Source of the DNA: Klebsormidium nitens | Taxonomy: Eukaryota; Plantae; Klebsormidiophyceae | Assembly (NCBI GenBank): GCA_000708835.1 | Contig: DF237032.1 | Location: 124,001 to 188,000, forward strand | Reading direction: 5' to 3' | Length of the DNA: 64,000 bases | In this document: positions 36,849-49,543 of the stretch, piece by piece | Layout of the letters: each line of letters starts with the position of its first letter | Position numbering within the stretch: position 1 is the first letter of the stretch | Program-made: the position numbers and the translations under genes | The notes under the pieces: model-generated | Seen by the model: the letters and a program-made list of their open reading frames with translations, nothing else | The model's database searches: none | Told to the model about the DNA's origin: nothing

Positions 36849-39800
36849 ATGCTGCAATCAAGCGGGCAGGGCGACGGCCCCAGTACGAGTGGCAGCGAGC
36901 AGGCCTCTTCCTACGTGGGCCAGATAGTGGTACGGCATTGCTCATTTTTATTCTATAAAGTCCATCCCTGCTGTCGCCAGCCGAAACGGACACGGAGGGC
37001 AGGTTTGCAGGATACCACCCGACCCATCGCAGAAGATAAGGCAGCATGGGCAAAATAGAACCCCCCGCATGTGGCCCTTCCGTCAAATGTTTTGAGACTT
37101 GACGCTTTCCTGGTTTCTGCTATTGCACCGTAGTGTTTGGTTGGTTTCTCCGCTTATTGGCATGAAGCCATAGGGCATCAATCTGGTCATTCGCTCTCAC
37201 ATTAGGAAGGGGCCTTTCATTCTCACCCATCAACGTCGCAACTTTTAAAGCAATCCCCTGTGCCAAGCTGATCACAATCACCAGTGTCTGGTCATCAAGG
37301 GGGCTCTGGAAGTTGTGCACTTTAGAATACAGCATACGCTGCGCCGTCACTTACTTGCACGTCTTAAGAAACTGCCAATCTGGATCGACGCTTCAGTTTC
37401 TCATCTGGGTCAGCTTCTCATAGAAGGTTGCTGGGTCCGCTTGACTATCCTGAACGAGGAGCTACAGGCGCTAACTGTTTGGTGCCTGTGTGCAGGCTCC
37501 AGGGGACATTGTTCTGGATCTGACGCAGGCAGGCAAACTGGTCAGGATTGGGGGGGGCTTGCAACAGGTCGGTAGCAGCATTCTTTTCATGGCTTTCTGC
37601 TAGCTTCATCTTGCGATGGTTTGAGTGGGCTTTCTTCTCAACAATCTCTCCCAGCTTTTTTGGGCATCAGCTTTGGAGTGTTGTTCTTTCCGGGAAATCC
37701 TGTCCAGCTTCTTCTATGTATTGACCTCAGGTTGCAAAGCTAGTGAGTTGGGAGTTCACCTGCCCCTGTTAGTCAAATGGCTACCTGTCTCTAGGCATCA
37801 CTTTTAGCAAAGTGGGCCGTGTTGAAGTACAGAAGGATAGGTTTCTGCAGTGCAAACCCGTGCCATGAAAGGAGCTTCGGGGCGGACTTTCGCAGAAAGT
37901 GGATGCTCTTATTCTGGCAGTCAGGTCTGCCAGTCTGTTTTGCCAAGCATCTAGCTTGCAAATTCCTGTGAAGCACTTGATGAATGTACAGAGTTCAGGG
38001 CGTAGCCGGCAGAACACTGGTTGTGCTCGTGTGCAGGACGGCACGTCCCTAGTTGTCACGAAAGCTGGGCGGCTGAGGCATACCAAGCCAAGCAAGTACT
38101 GGGTGGAAGGCAGCCAAAGACGGGTATGCCCCTCCCTCCGGTTGTCACCCTACACTGTCCTGTTTGGAGGCTGACCCCTTGTAGTTTTCGCTCTCCCCTC
38201 TCATTACGATGCCAATAACCCGGTTTTTGAACTGCCGGCGATGTGACTTGCAACCAAAACCAATAGATTCGAATATGGAATTAAGGTTTTCTCCGCCTTC
38301 TGTCCAGTACGTACCGGCAGTGGAGGATGTTGTCGTGGGCGTTGTGGTGGAGCGCTATGCCGAGGTAGGCACGTCACCTGCGCCCTTCTGTCTCTGTTGT
38401 CGTTTTCTGCCGCCTGACTCTTGTTGCCCACTTTAGGCCTTTCTCGTTTCTCGGGGTTTCTTAGAGAGAAGGTTTTACTTTCAGGAGAGAACATAAAGCA
38501 CTTGTTTCTCGTGAGGAGCAGGTGAAACGAAGATCGGCTTGAGTTTCGTAATGAACCAGAGCTTCGTTGTTTTCAACAAGACCAAAGACCGTTCCAGTCG
38601 ACTTCAAAATGCGTAACACGCATGCTGTGAGTCTTGGTTCCACAAGACGCTCCCCGCCCTCCCTTGCGCAGCACTTGGTCATCGACATTGGCGGTCCCGT
38701 GACCGCGCTGCTGCCGGCATTGGCGTTTGAGGGTGCCACTCGACGAAACAAGCCGAACTTGAACGTAAGCTTTGGGTAATCTCGCCACTTATAATCCTTT
38801 CAGCAGCTTCCTCGACTTTGTGCTACCACATGACGCGAAGTCTCTGATTCGTTTCATACATCAAAGAAAAGTGTCCTCGTTTATTGTGTGTCGGCCTCCC
38901 TGAAGGCGAAGCGAACTGCCACCTGATGGGTGGTGCTAGTAGGATCAGGAGAGCTACTAAGAAGTTTCCATCAGGCTTTGCTAAACGAAGTTCACGAGTT
39001 CGGAAGGGCAGCCCTAATCGACTCGCAATCTGATCTAGAATCTAAGCAAACGAGCTGGTATCGTAAGTTACATTGAACCCCTCGAACTACTTATCAGAAG
39101 GCCTGTTCTTTCACCCGAGGGTAAGTTGCACTGCCTGATTGTGTTCCCGTCTGCTCACTTTTCTCCGATTGCATGGCTGCTTCTCATCACGGACGCTTTA
39201 CCCGCTCGTTCTCTTATGCTCTTTTTTGCACCCGTCTGCTCACTCGTCTGCGCCTCAAGAAAACAACCCCTTGGATCCCAGGAGCCCCACTTTCTCCCCA
39301 CGATTATTGTAGATCGATCGGCCACTGCTGACCGACTCCTTTCATCCCTTCGTTGCAACAGATTGGCGACTCTGTCTACGCCCGGGTTACAAGTACCAGC
39401 CGAGACACAGAACCGACGCTGGCGTGTCATGACGCCAGCGGTCGGGCCGCAGGCTTTGGACCCCTCGCAAAAGGTTACCTCTTCCAGTGTAGCACGGGCC
39501 TGGCACGGACGTAAGACTGCGAATGGCTTTTCTTCCTATTCATGGTCAAACTGCTCCTGGACTTTGATTTTGAGTGTTGTTGTGCTTGTTGTGCTTCTTG
39601 TGCTTACAGCGAAAAGTGCTGAGCTCAAGGGAGATTTCTGTCACTCTGCGTGGGTAAGGTCACACCCCCTTGCGGAACGCCCTCTTACCATACCTTACAA
39701 ACGTATCTGTCAAATGCGCCTTTTCTCTTCTGCTCGTTGATAAAGCATTATCTACGTTCGGCAAATAAAACAAACCGTCGACGTTCAAGGTTGTAAGAGT

Positions 39801-40609
39801 GCCAGATGACGCCTCGACCTCTTGAAGTGCACAGCCGCAAGTTGGTTGTCTTACTTTCCAGGAACAGCTGACCAACCGAACGTCGTCGACAATGCTCTTA
39901 AACAGAGATTCTTACGACGTACGCGTTGTCAATCCCGTATGCCAGGACTTTCCGAGAACAGTCCGTGTAAACCCCCGTTGCTCTATCTGCCACGTGCAGC
40001 CTTCTGAGCCGACCCACGTGCGCCGTTCTGGAAGCATTAGGCGGCGGGCTTTCCTTCGAACTGGCCGTGGGCATGAACGGGAAGGTCTGGGTAAGGCCCT
40101 GACGCATGACGTCACTTCGCTGCTGACGTCGTATGATGATGGACCGCTGCCGCTGGTCATGGCGCCTTAAGAAGCATGACTCGTCTAGGCCGTGATGAGG
40201 GCGTGCGGTCGAAAGAATCATAACGTGAGGTCCACCTGAAAGTTCAAAGTTTCCTCGTTAGTACTCGAAGACAAGTGGACGCTCTTGGGAAACCTCCGTG
40301 CACTATGTTCTGGTTTCACCGATTAGCACTGCCAGCTTTCACTTGGGGAGATTGTTCTCACAAGCATGAAGCTTGTTCTTCTAGTCTGAAATCGTGAAAC
40401 GTCAGGGGTTTTCTCAGGACCGAGCAGGTATTTGTTCTTATTTTGTTTTCTGGCTCGATCCTTACCCCTGACGTGTCGTTCAGGTCGACGCGGCTTCAGC
40501 AGCAATCACTGTTCTGGTCGCCAACGCCATCATCAATTCCGAGTTCTTGTCTCCAACGCAAGCGAAGATCATGGTAAAAAGCTTGCTGAAGCAGGTGCAA
40601 CAACCGTAG
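36849..40609 (+). CDS. RRP40: Exosome complex component RRP40 (EXOSC3), 8 exons
   Basis: SSYVGQIV|APGDIVLDL...IGGGLQQ|DGTSLVVTKAGRLRHTKPSKYWVEGSQRR|YVPAVEDVVVGVV|VIDIGGPVTALLPALAFEGATRRNKPNL|GDSVYARV...CSTGLAR|LEALG...FELAVGMNGKVW|VDAAS...*; all phases consistent. Confidence 0.94.
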
Positions 40610-41885
40610 TGTCCCTGTTTAGTTGTTAGTGAAACTAGCTGCGATGACGCGTTCGGACTGATCCGCTCCTGCTGTGTTTGAGGAAGTATTCTTCATCATT
40701 CGTCAAGTATGCTGTGTCCTTACGTCCTACCGCACTAGGGGGCCTGACGTACATGTCACCAAGATGCAGCTCTGGCCAGCTCCAAAAAAGACCAATAAGA
40801 CCAACAAGCACGATTTGTGCATACCCTTGCTCCAAACTTGAAAGCGCAGGGGATAGATTAGATTTGGAGGGCCGAAAATGTTTCGACAATGTACATGGTC
40901 CAGTGTAAGATGAAGGCGTGTTGCGTTCAATGATCTAGCGAATGCAGCAAGAGCGGCCGGGCGAAGAGGGGGCCAGTTATTAGGCACATGTAACAATCAA
41001 CCTTGTCGGTAATCCAAACTCGGCCGATCTTTGAGTTTGCAACAAGAGTTGAGGCCGGCTATTGTCATGTTGAGGGCCGTTGCCCACGCCTCGCAACGAC
41101 AGAATATATGTCCATTCTGTTATCATTGCATATATAATATGCATAAGCCGGAATGGATCTTATAAAAGACAATATCTATGCACGTGCCCTAGGCTAGCTA
41201 GTTTCAAGAATAACGGCATGTCAACGGTGGTCATGAAACATATATAGGCCGAAAAAGCTTTGTTATAATGGACTGACCATTACACCTAAAAGCAATTACC
41301 TTCGTAATGAATACGACACTATATCAGCATTGAATCCGGATAGTTACCCGACGTAGGCATCATGAGTCATATAAGTTACTCGAGCATGTACTATATGGTT
41401 GCTTAGCGCCGGCTTCGAAAACGCCGCCGCGGCCGCGCCCAAAGCTAAGCGAAAAAACCGGACGGGCGGTCAAAGGGTTTCGCTTAAACCCTGCTTGAGC
41501 TCGCCAGTGGCGGCGGCCGCGTGCGACGGCCGGCCGCGGCGCGCGTATCGGCGAGTACTGTGCGCTAACTAAGTTGCGCTCACTGGCAAGAGAAAGCCAT
41601 AAGAAATGTAGTCTTCTTAGGAGCGCTCACTGGTGCGTGACCAACTTTCAAGCTTTGAGTCTGCACACAGGTCGCAAAAGCTTTGCTTTTTCTCCTTGGT
41701 TTCGCTGGCTGGCCTTAGCTGCGTGCAGCGCCACCGGAGTATACCCGCCGGGCAGGCACGGAAGTTGGGGGCGGTCATCGGAGGACCGGCCTCTGCCAGC
41801 AATCGTAGCATCAAAGCGTTCTCCACCATCCGAAGGGGTACTGATTGCGCCTTATTTGGACTGCTCACCTTCCTCAACTGGTACA

Positions 41886-44135
41886 ATGACGCCGCGCGCA
41901 GGGACCTTTCTCAGCGAAGAGCAGCGATTCGGCGGTTGGCCCGTCAATCATACTAGAAATGAGACTGGCCCCACTCCGGTCGACACGTCCTACGAGCTAG
42001 GTGAGACTTCGACATCTGTTGACCACGAAGCTTTTTCAACCAGATTCAGAAAGCCTCTTGAAAGTGGAAAGTCGCTGCAGACAATTGTTTGTTCAAGTTG
42101 GCAGATTTGAAGGGCAGACATGATATGTTTGTTCATATTTCCCACGATTTGGCAGAGGTTGTGTGTCAGATGAGTCAATAGCTTTTGGCAGGCAGAGCAG
42201 AGGCGTGTGGCGGTCTTCGTTCTTCCCAATCCTCAGCGAAGCCGCTTCGTCCAAGCATGGATGATTTGTCGGCGTTAAGGACTGATAACTTGACATTGTT
42301 CTTCCAGGAAGCCTCGACGACCGGATCGCTCGCCAAGTGCGCCAGCAGACAGCGCACCTGGAGGATGCAGTACTCCACTTTGAGTTGCGGCTGAACAATC
42401 TGCAGGTGCAGCAAATCAAGCTGTGGACCGACATGAACAGCTTGCAAGTCCAGCAGAACAAGCTACGAACCGATATCAGCAGCTTGCACGTTCAGCAGAA
42501 CAACCTGCTAAGCGACCAGAACAACCTGCGGATCCAGCATGAAGCACTAGAGCAGTACGTTCTTGCTGAGACCTTCTGGTGGAGGATTCAAAAGGTGCGT
42601 CATCCCCAAGTTAGTTCGTTTCATCAAAGCTTCGTTAATGCTGTATCAAGAAAGAATTAGGGGGCTGAGGTGTCGTTTTCTGGTAAATTCTGCAGGCACG
42701 ACCAGATCAGTCCTTATCATTGAGCACTCTTTGGTTCATCTGCCACTTGGCGTTCTGGTGCCTGAAGAAATGGCGTTAGTAAGACAGCATATTGTATGCA
42801 ACAACAATAAATGGATGTGGATTCATGGACTCGCTGAGTTGGGTTTGCAGCTTGTACTTTGTTCACTCGATCGTGAGGGAAGCGTTCTACAAAACAAACA
42901 TGACCGCCGGAGGACCCCATAAGGAAGCACGCAGCTTGAATAGACCAGCCCTGTTACCACTTTCATAGCCGTGATCTGGTGTCTCAAGTGCTTTTCCAAA
43001 TTTCTTCATCTGAGCCTAAGTCGTTGCCTTAATGGATTGATCCATCATCTTGGACTCTCAGCCACAGAAGCTGACCAAAGCGCATCGACGCTGTTCTTTT
43101 TACAGGAAGAACTCGAGTCCCGAGTGTATGCGGAGATCTTTCAGGGCCAGCTCAATATTCTGAATGGTGGAATGTAGGACTTTCTCAAGGCACTAGACGC
43201 GGCGAGGCGAAGCATCCTGGAGACGCAACTCGGCAGGTAAGTAACAAATGCTGCTGTGCCCTGTCAATCAGGACCTTGACCAACAGAACATAGTCCTAGT
43301 TGTTTGGAGAAGTCATCTTGCAAGTGTTGATGACTCTTTCTCTACTGGTGAGACTCGAGAGGGTAACGACTGGCTTAGGAATACGGGGTACAATTAGTGG
43401 GCAAGGAGCAACACATTTGTTACTTGTCCAAGAGAAGAGTTGATTTAACGCTGTGCTTGGCGCTTGTCAGCATCCAGTCCCCGCAAAAATCTGATCTCCA
43501 GTTTCATCTTCCATGCCTGTTGACATCATCTCAGGGGGGTTTGTTGTATTGCATGTTTGTGTATACGTTTCTGTCAAAAGTCTGTCCTGAACCCGTCCTG
43601 AACCCATCAGTAGGTCTGGTTGAATTAGGGGACTGACAGTGTTACGTCACCCAAGACTCGAGCGTGGTGCAATCGGAACAGCCTGCAGGTCGATCGGTCA
43701 CAGCCTTGCTTAAATTGTTTGCGATTGAGGGCCGCGTTTTTCAACCTCATACGGCCCCTGTCACCTTTTCCATCTTTTCACTGAATTTTGCGGTTTTATT
43801 GCAGGCCACTGGAGGCGTACGACGACTACTATTCCCTTATCAAAATCAACGGATCTATCCAGCTTCATGGATCCCCGCTCGACGACGCGCTCAAGGCGGG
43901 CGAGACTGCGTTCCAGCAAGCATACGAGGCTGCAAAGACGGTGCTGCGCTCGATGTCCCTCCAGGTCTTCCCGCAGGCACTCCCGGTAGGATTAAGCAGC
44001 GCGTATTGCGTTGAAGAGGGCGTGGCGATACGACAAAATCGCAGCGACAATAAGAGTGAGAAGGATGATAATTGGTCGCTGGATGATACCACGTGGTCAG
44101 TGGTTGATATCATTTCCCGGCGACCTTTGATCTGA
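41886..44135 (+). pseudogene. Uncharacterised coiled-coil protein gene with in-frame stop
   Basis: Exon-like blocks ~41886-42000, ~42195-42270, 42308-42594, 43107-43216, 43804-44135 with mostly canonical splice sites. A 14-aa (42-bp) repeat lies at 42400-42549. TAG at 43175-43177 interrupts an otherwise open exon. Confidence 0.45.
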
Positions 44136-46544
44136 TATTCGTGGCTGTACGTCGCTCTTGACGTCACTACGGACGCGTCCGCGTCCGCCAACGTCCTCTT
44201 TAAGCGAGACGTTTCGCGGCCGCCCTTTCCTCTACCGGTTCGTCGGAACTTAGTCAAGGCATGCGTTCACAACCTGCTATATTGGTAAAAAGCTTCCCAG
44301 CATGTTGCGTGGTTGGAGAATCGACATTTGGTTCTGTGTTGGGACCTCACGCCGTGCTTGTTGTTGGCCATTCGCGTGACTGGTCTTTTCGGCGAACTCA
44401 TAATGGAAGGTGTCACCCCGGCTCGCTTGCGGTCCTCGTCCAGTTGTCTGCTCCTTTTCCCAGGCGGTAGGTATTTGCGCCTCAGTTGCTCCGATGTTGT
44501 GTTGAGCTGCTCTTCTTTGGGATTACGTTTTTACTTTGTTTGAGCCCGGGGGATTGGTCCAACTCAACTTAGACTTCAGTTATCTGCGCCTCGTCCACCG
44601 CGGCCGCAAACTTTACTTTTCCTTTTCTCCAGGCACTGGCGTTACGCAAGCTCGTTTGCGGGCCGGTTACCCAAACCCTGGAACGCTGGCACGACACGAC
44701 TCACTTGCTGGAGCGCATCGGGCCAGCCCGCGCGCCGTTTATACTTGATGACATCAGGGTCAAGATTGAAAGTGGCGACCCTTCTTTACGGACTCGCCGG
44801 TGAGGCTGTTTGCGAGCTTCTTTTGACCGACCTTGGTTTTAGATGGCTTGTGTATGGTGCGCTCTTGAAGAACGGAGGATCCTATTGCGTTGCGCCAAAA
44901 GGGCGGGCAAAAGGGCCTTCTCTGCGAAAGCGCATGGCCTTCTCCAGGGAGCGTGTGATCCTTGTCTGGAACACTTCCATCTGCGTACTTTTGACTGAAA
45001 TACGCAGACGGATACGCAGACGAGATACGCTTTCTGACGACTGAAAACGTTTGGACTCTGCTCTTATGCAGGACTTCGATCGAATGGTTCTACTTGGCGT
45101 AATCATGGGCCGCGCGTGCATCAAGATGTTCAACGCGTTCAGCTGCCACGACTACACGAGGCTGTCTGCTATGCAAATTTCACCACAGTACATCCTCCCA
45201 GCCCGACTTTGATCCCCTCCAGCCCGCATGCTTTTCAGCTGAAGCAGGGACATAAGAGCAGCCCACGGCTGATAGTTGATCCAAGACAGTCAACTCGTTT
45301 CTTTTAGCGGAAGCAGTTGGTGAACAGAGACTTGATCTGTTCCAATGGCCATGATTTTATGTTACACTGTTTCTCTCACCCACGTGCATGATAAGTTAAC
45401 AAAGTTATTTGTAGCTGGTTCTGCGATGGTGCGCAAGTCAGTCTTTATGCATCGGTAAGGGCTTCTGGAACGATGCGCAACGTGTTACGAGGTTCCATCT
45501 CAACGAAACCATGCGGCACCAGATTTTGCCGCACGTACATCATAAGACATCATGTTGACTTCTCAGGTGCCTACACAACATCATGACACAATCGTTTATA
45601 TGGCATCGCTTTAAACAAGGAAGATGTCGAGCGCAACATTTCTACAATCAGTACTCGAGAACATCGAAGGGAACTTAAGTTCAAGTTGTATCCTTGTGTC
45701 CAGTTCCAAATAATCAGTCTACTCATGCAGGCCAACTAGGACGTGTTGCGAACGTGCAGCAAAACAGCTTCTCATCAAGCCTGCATCCCGGCTGATCCGA
45801 CGATTGATCAGGCATATGGCAGCCGTATTCTTCAGATTGTTGTAGTAATAATTTGACGAGGCGATCGAAAAAGTACGTGTACTTTCAATTTCGATGTGCG
45901 TATCACTTGAAACCGCTGCGCAACGCTTTGCTACAATGATGATAACCGCGCTGTATTATCAGCTGATCGCCCGGAACTCCGCGGCGGTGCTTGTCCAGTA
46001 AGTTCGCCAGCCTGTCAAGGCCGACCGACGAGGCGCCGCCGCGCTGGCCTGCTGGCACTCTCATGCACATATGCAAGATCCGGCCGTGGACAGCTCAAAA
46101 AGCTCATATGGCGGCAGATGAGCACGTCGACCCCTTGAATGTTCGCTGCATATGATTTTGTATGCATCCGCATGCCAGTGATTCCTTGGAGCTTTCGGCC
46201 CCGCTATAAGTTTGGATCTTATGTTGCATCTTTCATCTGTTTCGTCGGCTATCTCGCGGCGTGCAAGCCTTGTGGAATTTTGCATAGACATTGCCTCTGT
46301 TAATGTCCCTGGCGTAAGGTTTGCTTGCATGTCACGCAGCTAGGTCGCTTCGTGTACTAGCTTTCAATTAAGGTATTCATACATTGACAATGTTTGGAGA
46401 GGCACATGTAATACCTTATGAACATCGACGGTTGCTCGTGGTGCCAGTAACATCCGATCTCATCAACAGAAAGCCCACACTTACAAGATGCAACGGTTTT
46501 ACACGATCGACCGCTATACAATCATCCCGTTCCGAGTCCTCACC

Positions 46545-49543
46545 TCACCTCGAAACGTAAGCCAAACTGACCGCGAGCAATGTAACAGCCAGAGCACCGA
46601 CTGCGGCTGCGAGCGTTGTTTGACTGCACACTGCTTCTTGCTTTCCTTTCACACTGCTGCTCCCTGTTCTGACACCTTCTAATACCGTGCTCTTTTGGGG
46701 CTCGCTCTGCTGTTGGGCCGTTTTCTCCGGAGCTGCTGGCCTCTCGACTTCGACCAAGTCGCTCCCGCTTGCAAAGCTCGGCCCAAGCATCTCTTTACAC
46801 CTCTCGGCCGCCTCTGCGACGCTCTCGCTTCCTATCAGATACTCTGACAGCCGTACTCCCTCTAGCCAAGGGACAAGAACCCGCCGCGGCATCCCCTCTC
46901 CAAATCGCCGGACTGCGTCCTCCAGCAAAGCATGCCGAGGTTGAGACTTCTCCGCCCCAGAAGCGCCCTCCCCAGGTGCTGACGTGGCAGCTGACGTGGC
47001 GGCGTGCTCGCTCTCTTCCTCCGCCCTATCCGCCTCCTCCACCAAAAGCTCGAGCCTTGCTCGCAGGCTGCGGGCGACGTCCGTCTTAAGGTCCACGAGC
47101 GCCTCTCCGACCGTCTGCTTCGGATGCGAATACGTCCTGACGTGGACGGCCCCGCTGAGTGCCACGTGTCCGACCACCGCCCCCGGCTTCTCCCGCAGCT
47201 CCTCGCCCATCTTTGCGCCGGCTTCGGACGCCCAGGAAGGGCGGGCGAAAAAATGGACTTGGTGCGTCGGAAGCGACTCCGCGGTTTGGGAGTCCGGCTC
47301 GGGCTCGGGGGAAGGGGTTCGGAGGGCTGCTACAGTTTGTGTCGAGTCTGTGAGCGCGCCGTCTACCGTGCATTCTGCGGCGCCGAGCCTAGTTGTCTCG
47401 GAGGAGATGGCGCCCTCGACGCTCGAAACGAATAATGTTGAGCTTCCGGAGCGGATCGGAAGCCTGTAAGAAAAGAAGTGAGAAATTGGTTTTTGAGAGG
47501 TCCTCATGCAAGGAGCTTCGCCTCTAAATCAATCTCCGTTCGCTGTGAAAGTGCATAACCGTAGTGGCTGCCAATTGATGCCTACGTCATGAACAGAACC
47601 GTTAACTTTTCCCAACCACTAACGGTAGGAGTCAGATCATTTTGATCTGGGGAAAAGAGGCAATCTGCATCTTACGCATGTTCGAGGTCAGCTGAATGAG
47701 ACTGTTGGCTGCAAGCCAATTGGTGAACTGTTGTCCTCCAATCCGGAATATGTCGAAAACGACCTTCTCTTCTAACCAGGAGATAGGCCCTGAGACACTG
47801 ACCGTAAATCGATGCGATAGACAGCTTGTAGGCAGTGTAGAGTGTTGAGATTGTGTCCGAACTTGAGCTCGCAGGGGCGGAGGGACTGGAACCCAGAGGC
47901 CGAAGGAAGGCCCACGGGACCACTCCGACAAGTGCACCTGCCAGACAGGCAAAACAAGTCAGCTTTTGAGATTGCCCTAACTTTGGTTCCTGTACTTTCT
48001 GGGTCTAGGACCAGATCTTTGCAGGATTGAGAGCTTGGCAGAACTTGCATCTAGTATTTGAAGGAAGCGAACGTGACGTGAGGTGCTGGCGGCCGACCCG
48101 CCAGGAATGGCTGTGTGAAGCCTCTAGGACTAGAGTGCAGCGATCCCTGCTTAGTCAGAAGCTGCCGCTGAAGAAAGTCAACAGTGACTCTAACTGTGCA
48201 AACCATCGAGATTGCATGCCAGCGTCAGTAGAAGTGACACACAACGAGCTTGACCAAACATGCTGGAACCTGCGCACGCCTCAGATTGAAACTAGCACAA
48301 TCTCCAGGGCTTACTGTTCAACGCCGCAGACCTTCAGACTAGAGATTTCAGGAACAAACATACCAGTGAGGCGGTCAATTTGTATGACATGATCTGAGAA
48401 AGTCCGATTGTGTGGAGCTTTCCTAGTTCACTCACTTGCGGGGCTGCCGTGATACATGCAAGAGGAGCCACTCTGCTCCTGCATCCTGTGATATTATCCT
48501 GGGGCTTGCTGAGGTGGCGGTGGCAGTCAGAGCCTCCCACAGCGCAGCGCCAGCAGCCTTTAATGCTGCCTCAGAGCAGATGGCGTAGATCCCCAGAACA
48601 GCCAGACCCCCTGGAAGCATTCTGGACACCTGAGGGGAAACGCTTGGCATCTCAGATCAAGTGTACTGTGTGTTCTCTTGCTACCATGTGTTCTCTGGTG
48701 GTCTTTGACACGCTTGGAGACTGTCAAAGCGGGGTGCTTTTGCCTCTCAAGAACCAAGGCACACCAGGCCGGTCAGAAGACCAGGCCGGTCAGTAAAATA
48801 CTCCTTGGATTGCTTGTCCACCACGCAATGAGGTCAGGAAAAGTAAAATTCTTCGGGGAGTTGGCCTTGTCATTCAAATTGTGGCAACCTTGTCATTAGA
48901 ATGATGGCATCATGAGACAATGCCAGTGGCACACCACGGTTAAGCTCAGCTCTGGAAGTGCACGCAAAGTTCCGCACCTGTCTCGTGTGTTCTCCAATCC
49001 ATTCGGGGTCAACCTGCAGTGGCGCCTCTCCCTTGCCTCCTTTCTTGCTTGCGCCACTTGTATCGACCACATTGGTTGTGCTTTCGGATGGTGGAGTTGG
49101 CAGCAGAGCGTAGACATGGTCGCGGTATGCGACACTGACTTTGCCGACCAGGAGACCAGTCTGCAGTAAATTAAAGCAAGATCAGATGGCTGAAATGGTG
49201 GTGGTTGGAGGCGATATGTGGAGAGGCTCTTTGTTTGCATGCCAGACAAGATCTGACCCGTAGTAGTCGACTAATTATGAGCACCACCAGTCAAGATCCT
49301 CTAGACTTTGCTATCAGCCCCGCAGCATTCTTTGAGCAGCCTGGTTATCCATCTGAACCATTTTTCAAGGCAAGTTTTATCAATATGTACACAACAGGAT
49401 ACAGAAGAACGATGCGTGAAGGATCATTGCTGGTGTGTGATTGGAAATTGTCGTGCACCTACCTGCGTGGCTGTGGACTGCTTGAGCAACCTCTCAATCT
49501 CGTTCTCCACATGCTCCACCTCTGCAAGGACAGATCTCACCAT
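46545..49543 (-). CDS. ODR4: Protein odr-4 homolog (ER membrane, tail-anchored), 5 exons
   Basis: MVRSVLAE...|TGLLVGKVS...ALLPTP...VDPEWIGEHTRQ|VSRMLPGGLAVLGIY...LLLHVS|...LRPCELKFG|LPI...DVARSLRARLELL...PRRVLVPW; C-terminal TM LAAAVGALAVTLLAVSL. Confidence 0.9.

Noticed and set aside
37120-37480. Possible antisense gene remnant in RRP40 intron 1
   Set aside because: Stops in all frames and no recognisable motif.
48767-48796. ccaggccggtcag x2 and similar micro-duplications (43590, 45000, 50165)
   Set aside because: Short local slippage repeats with no evidence of function.
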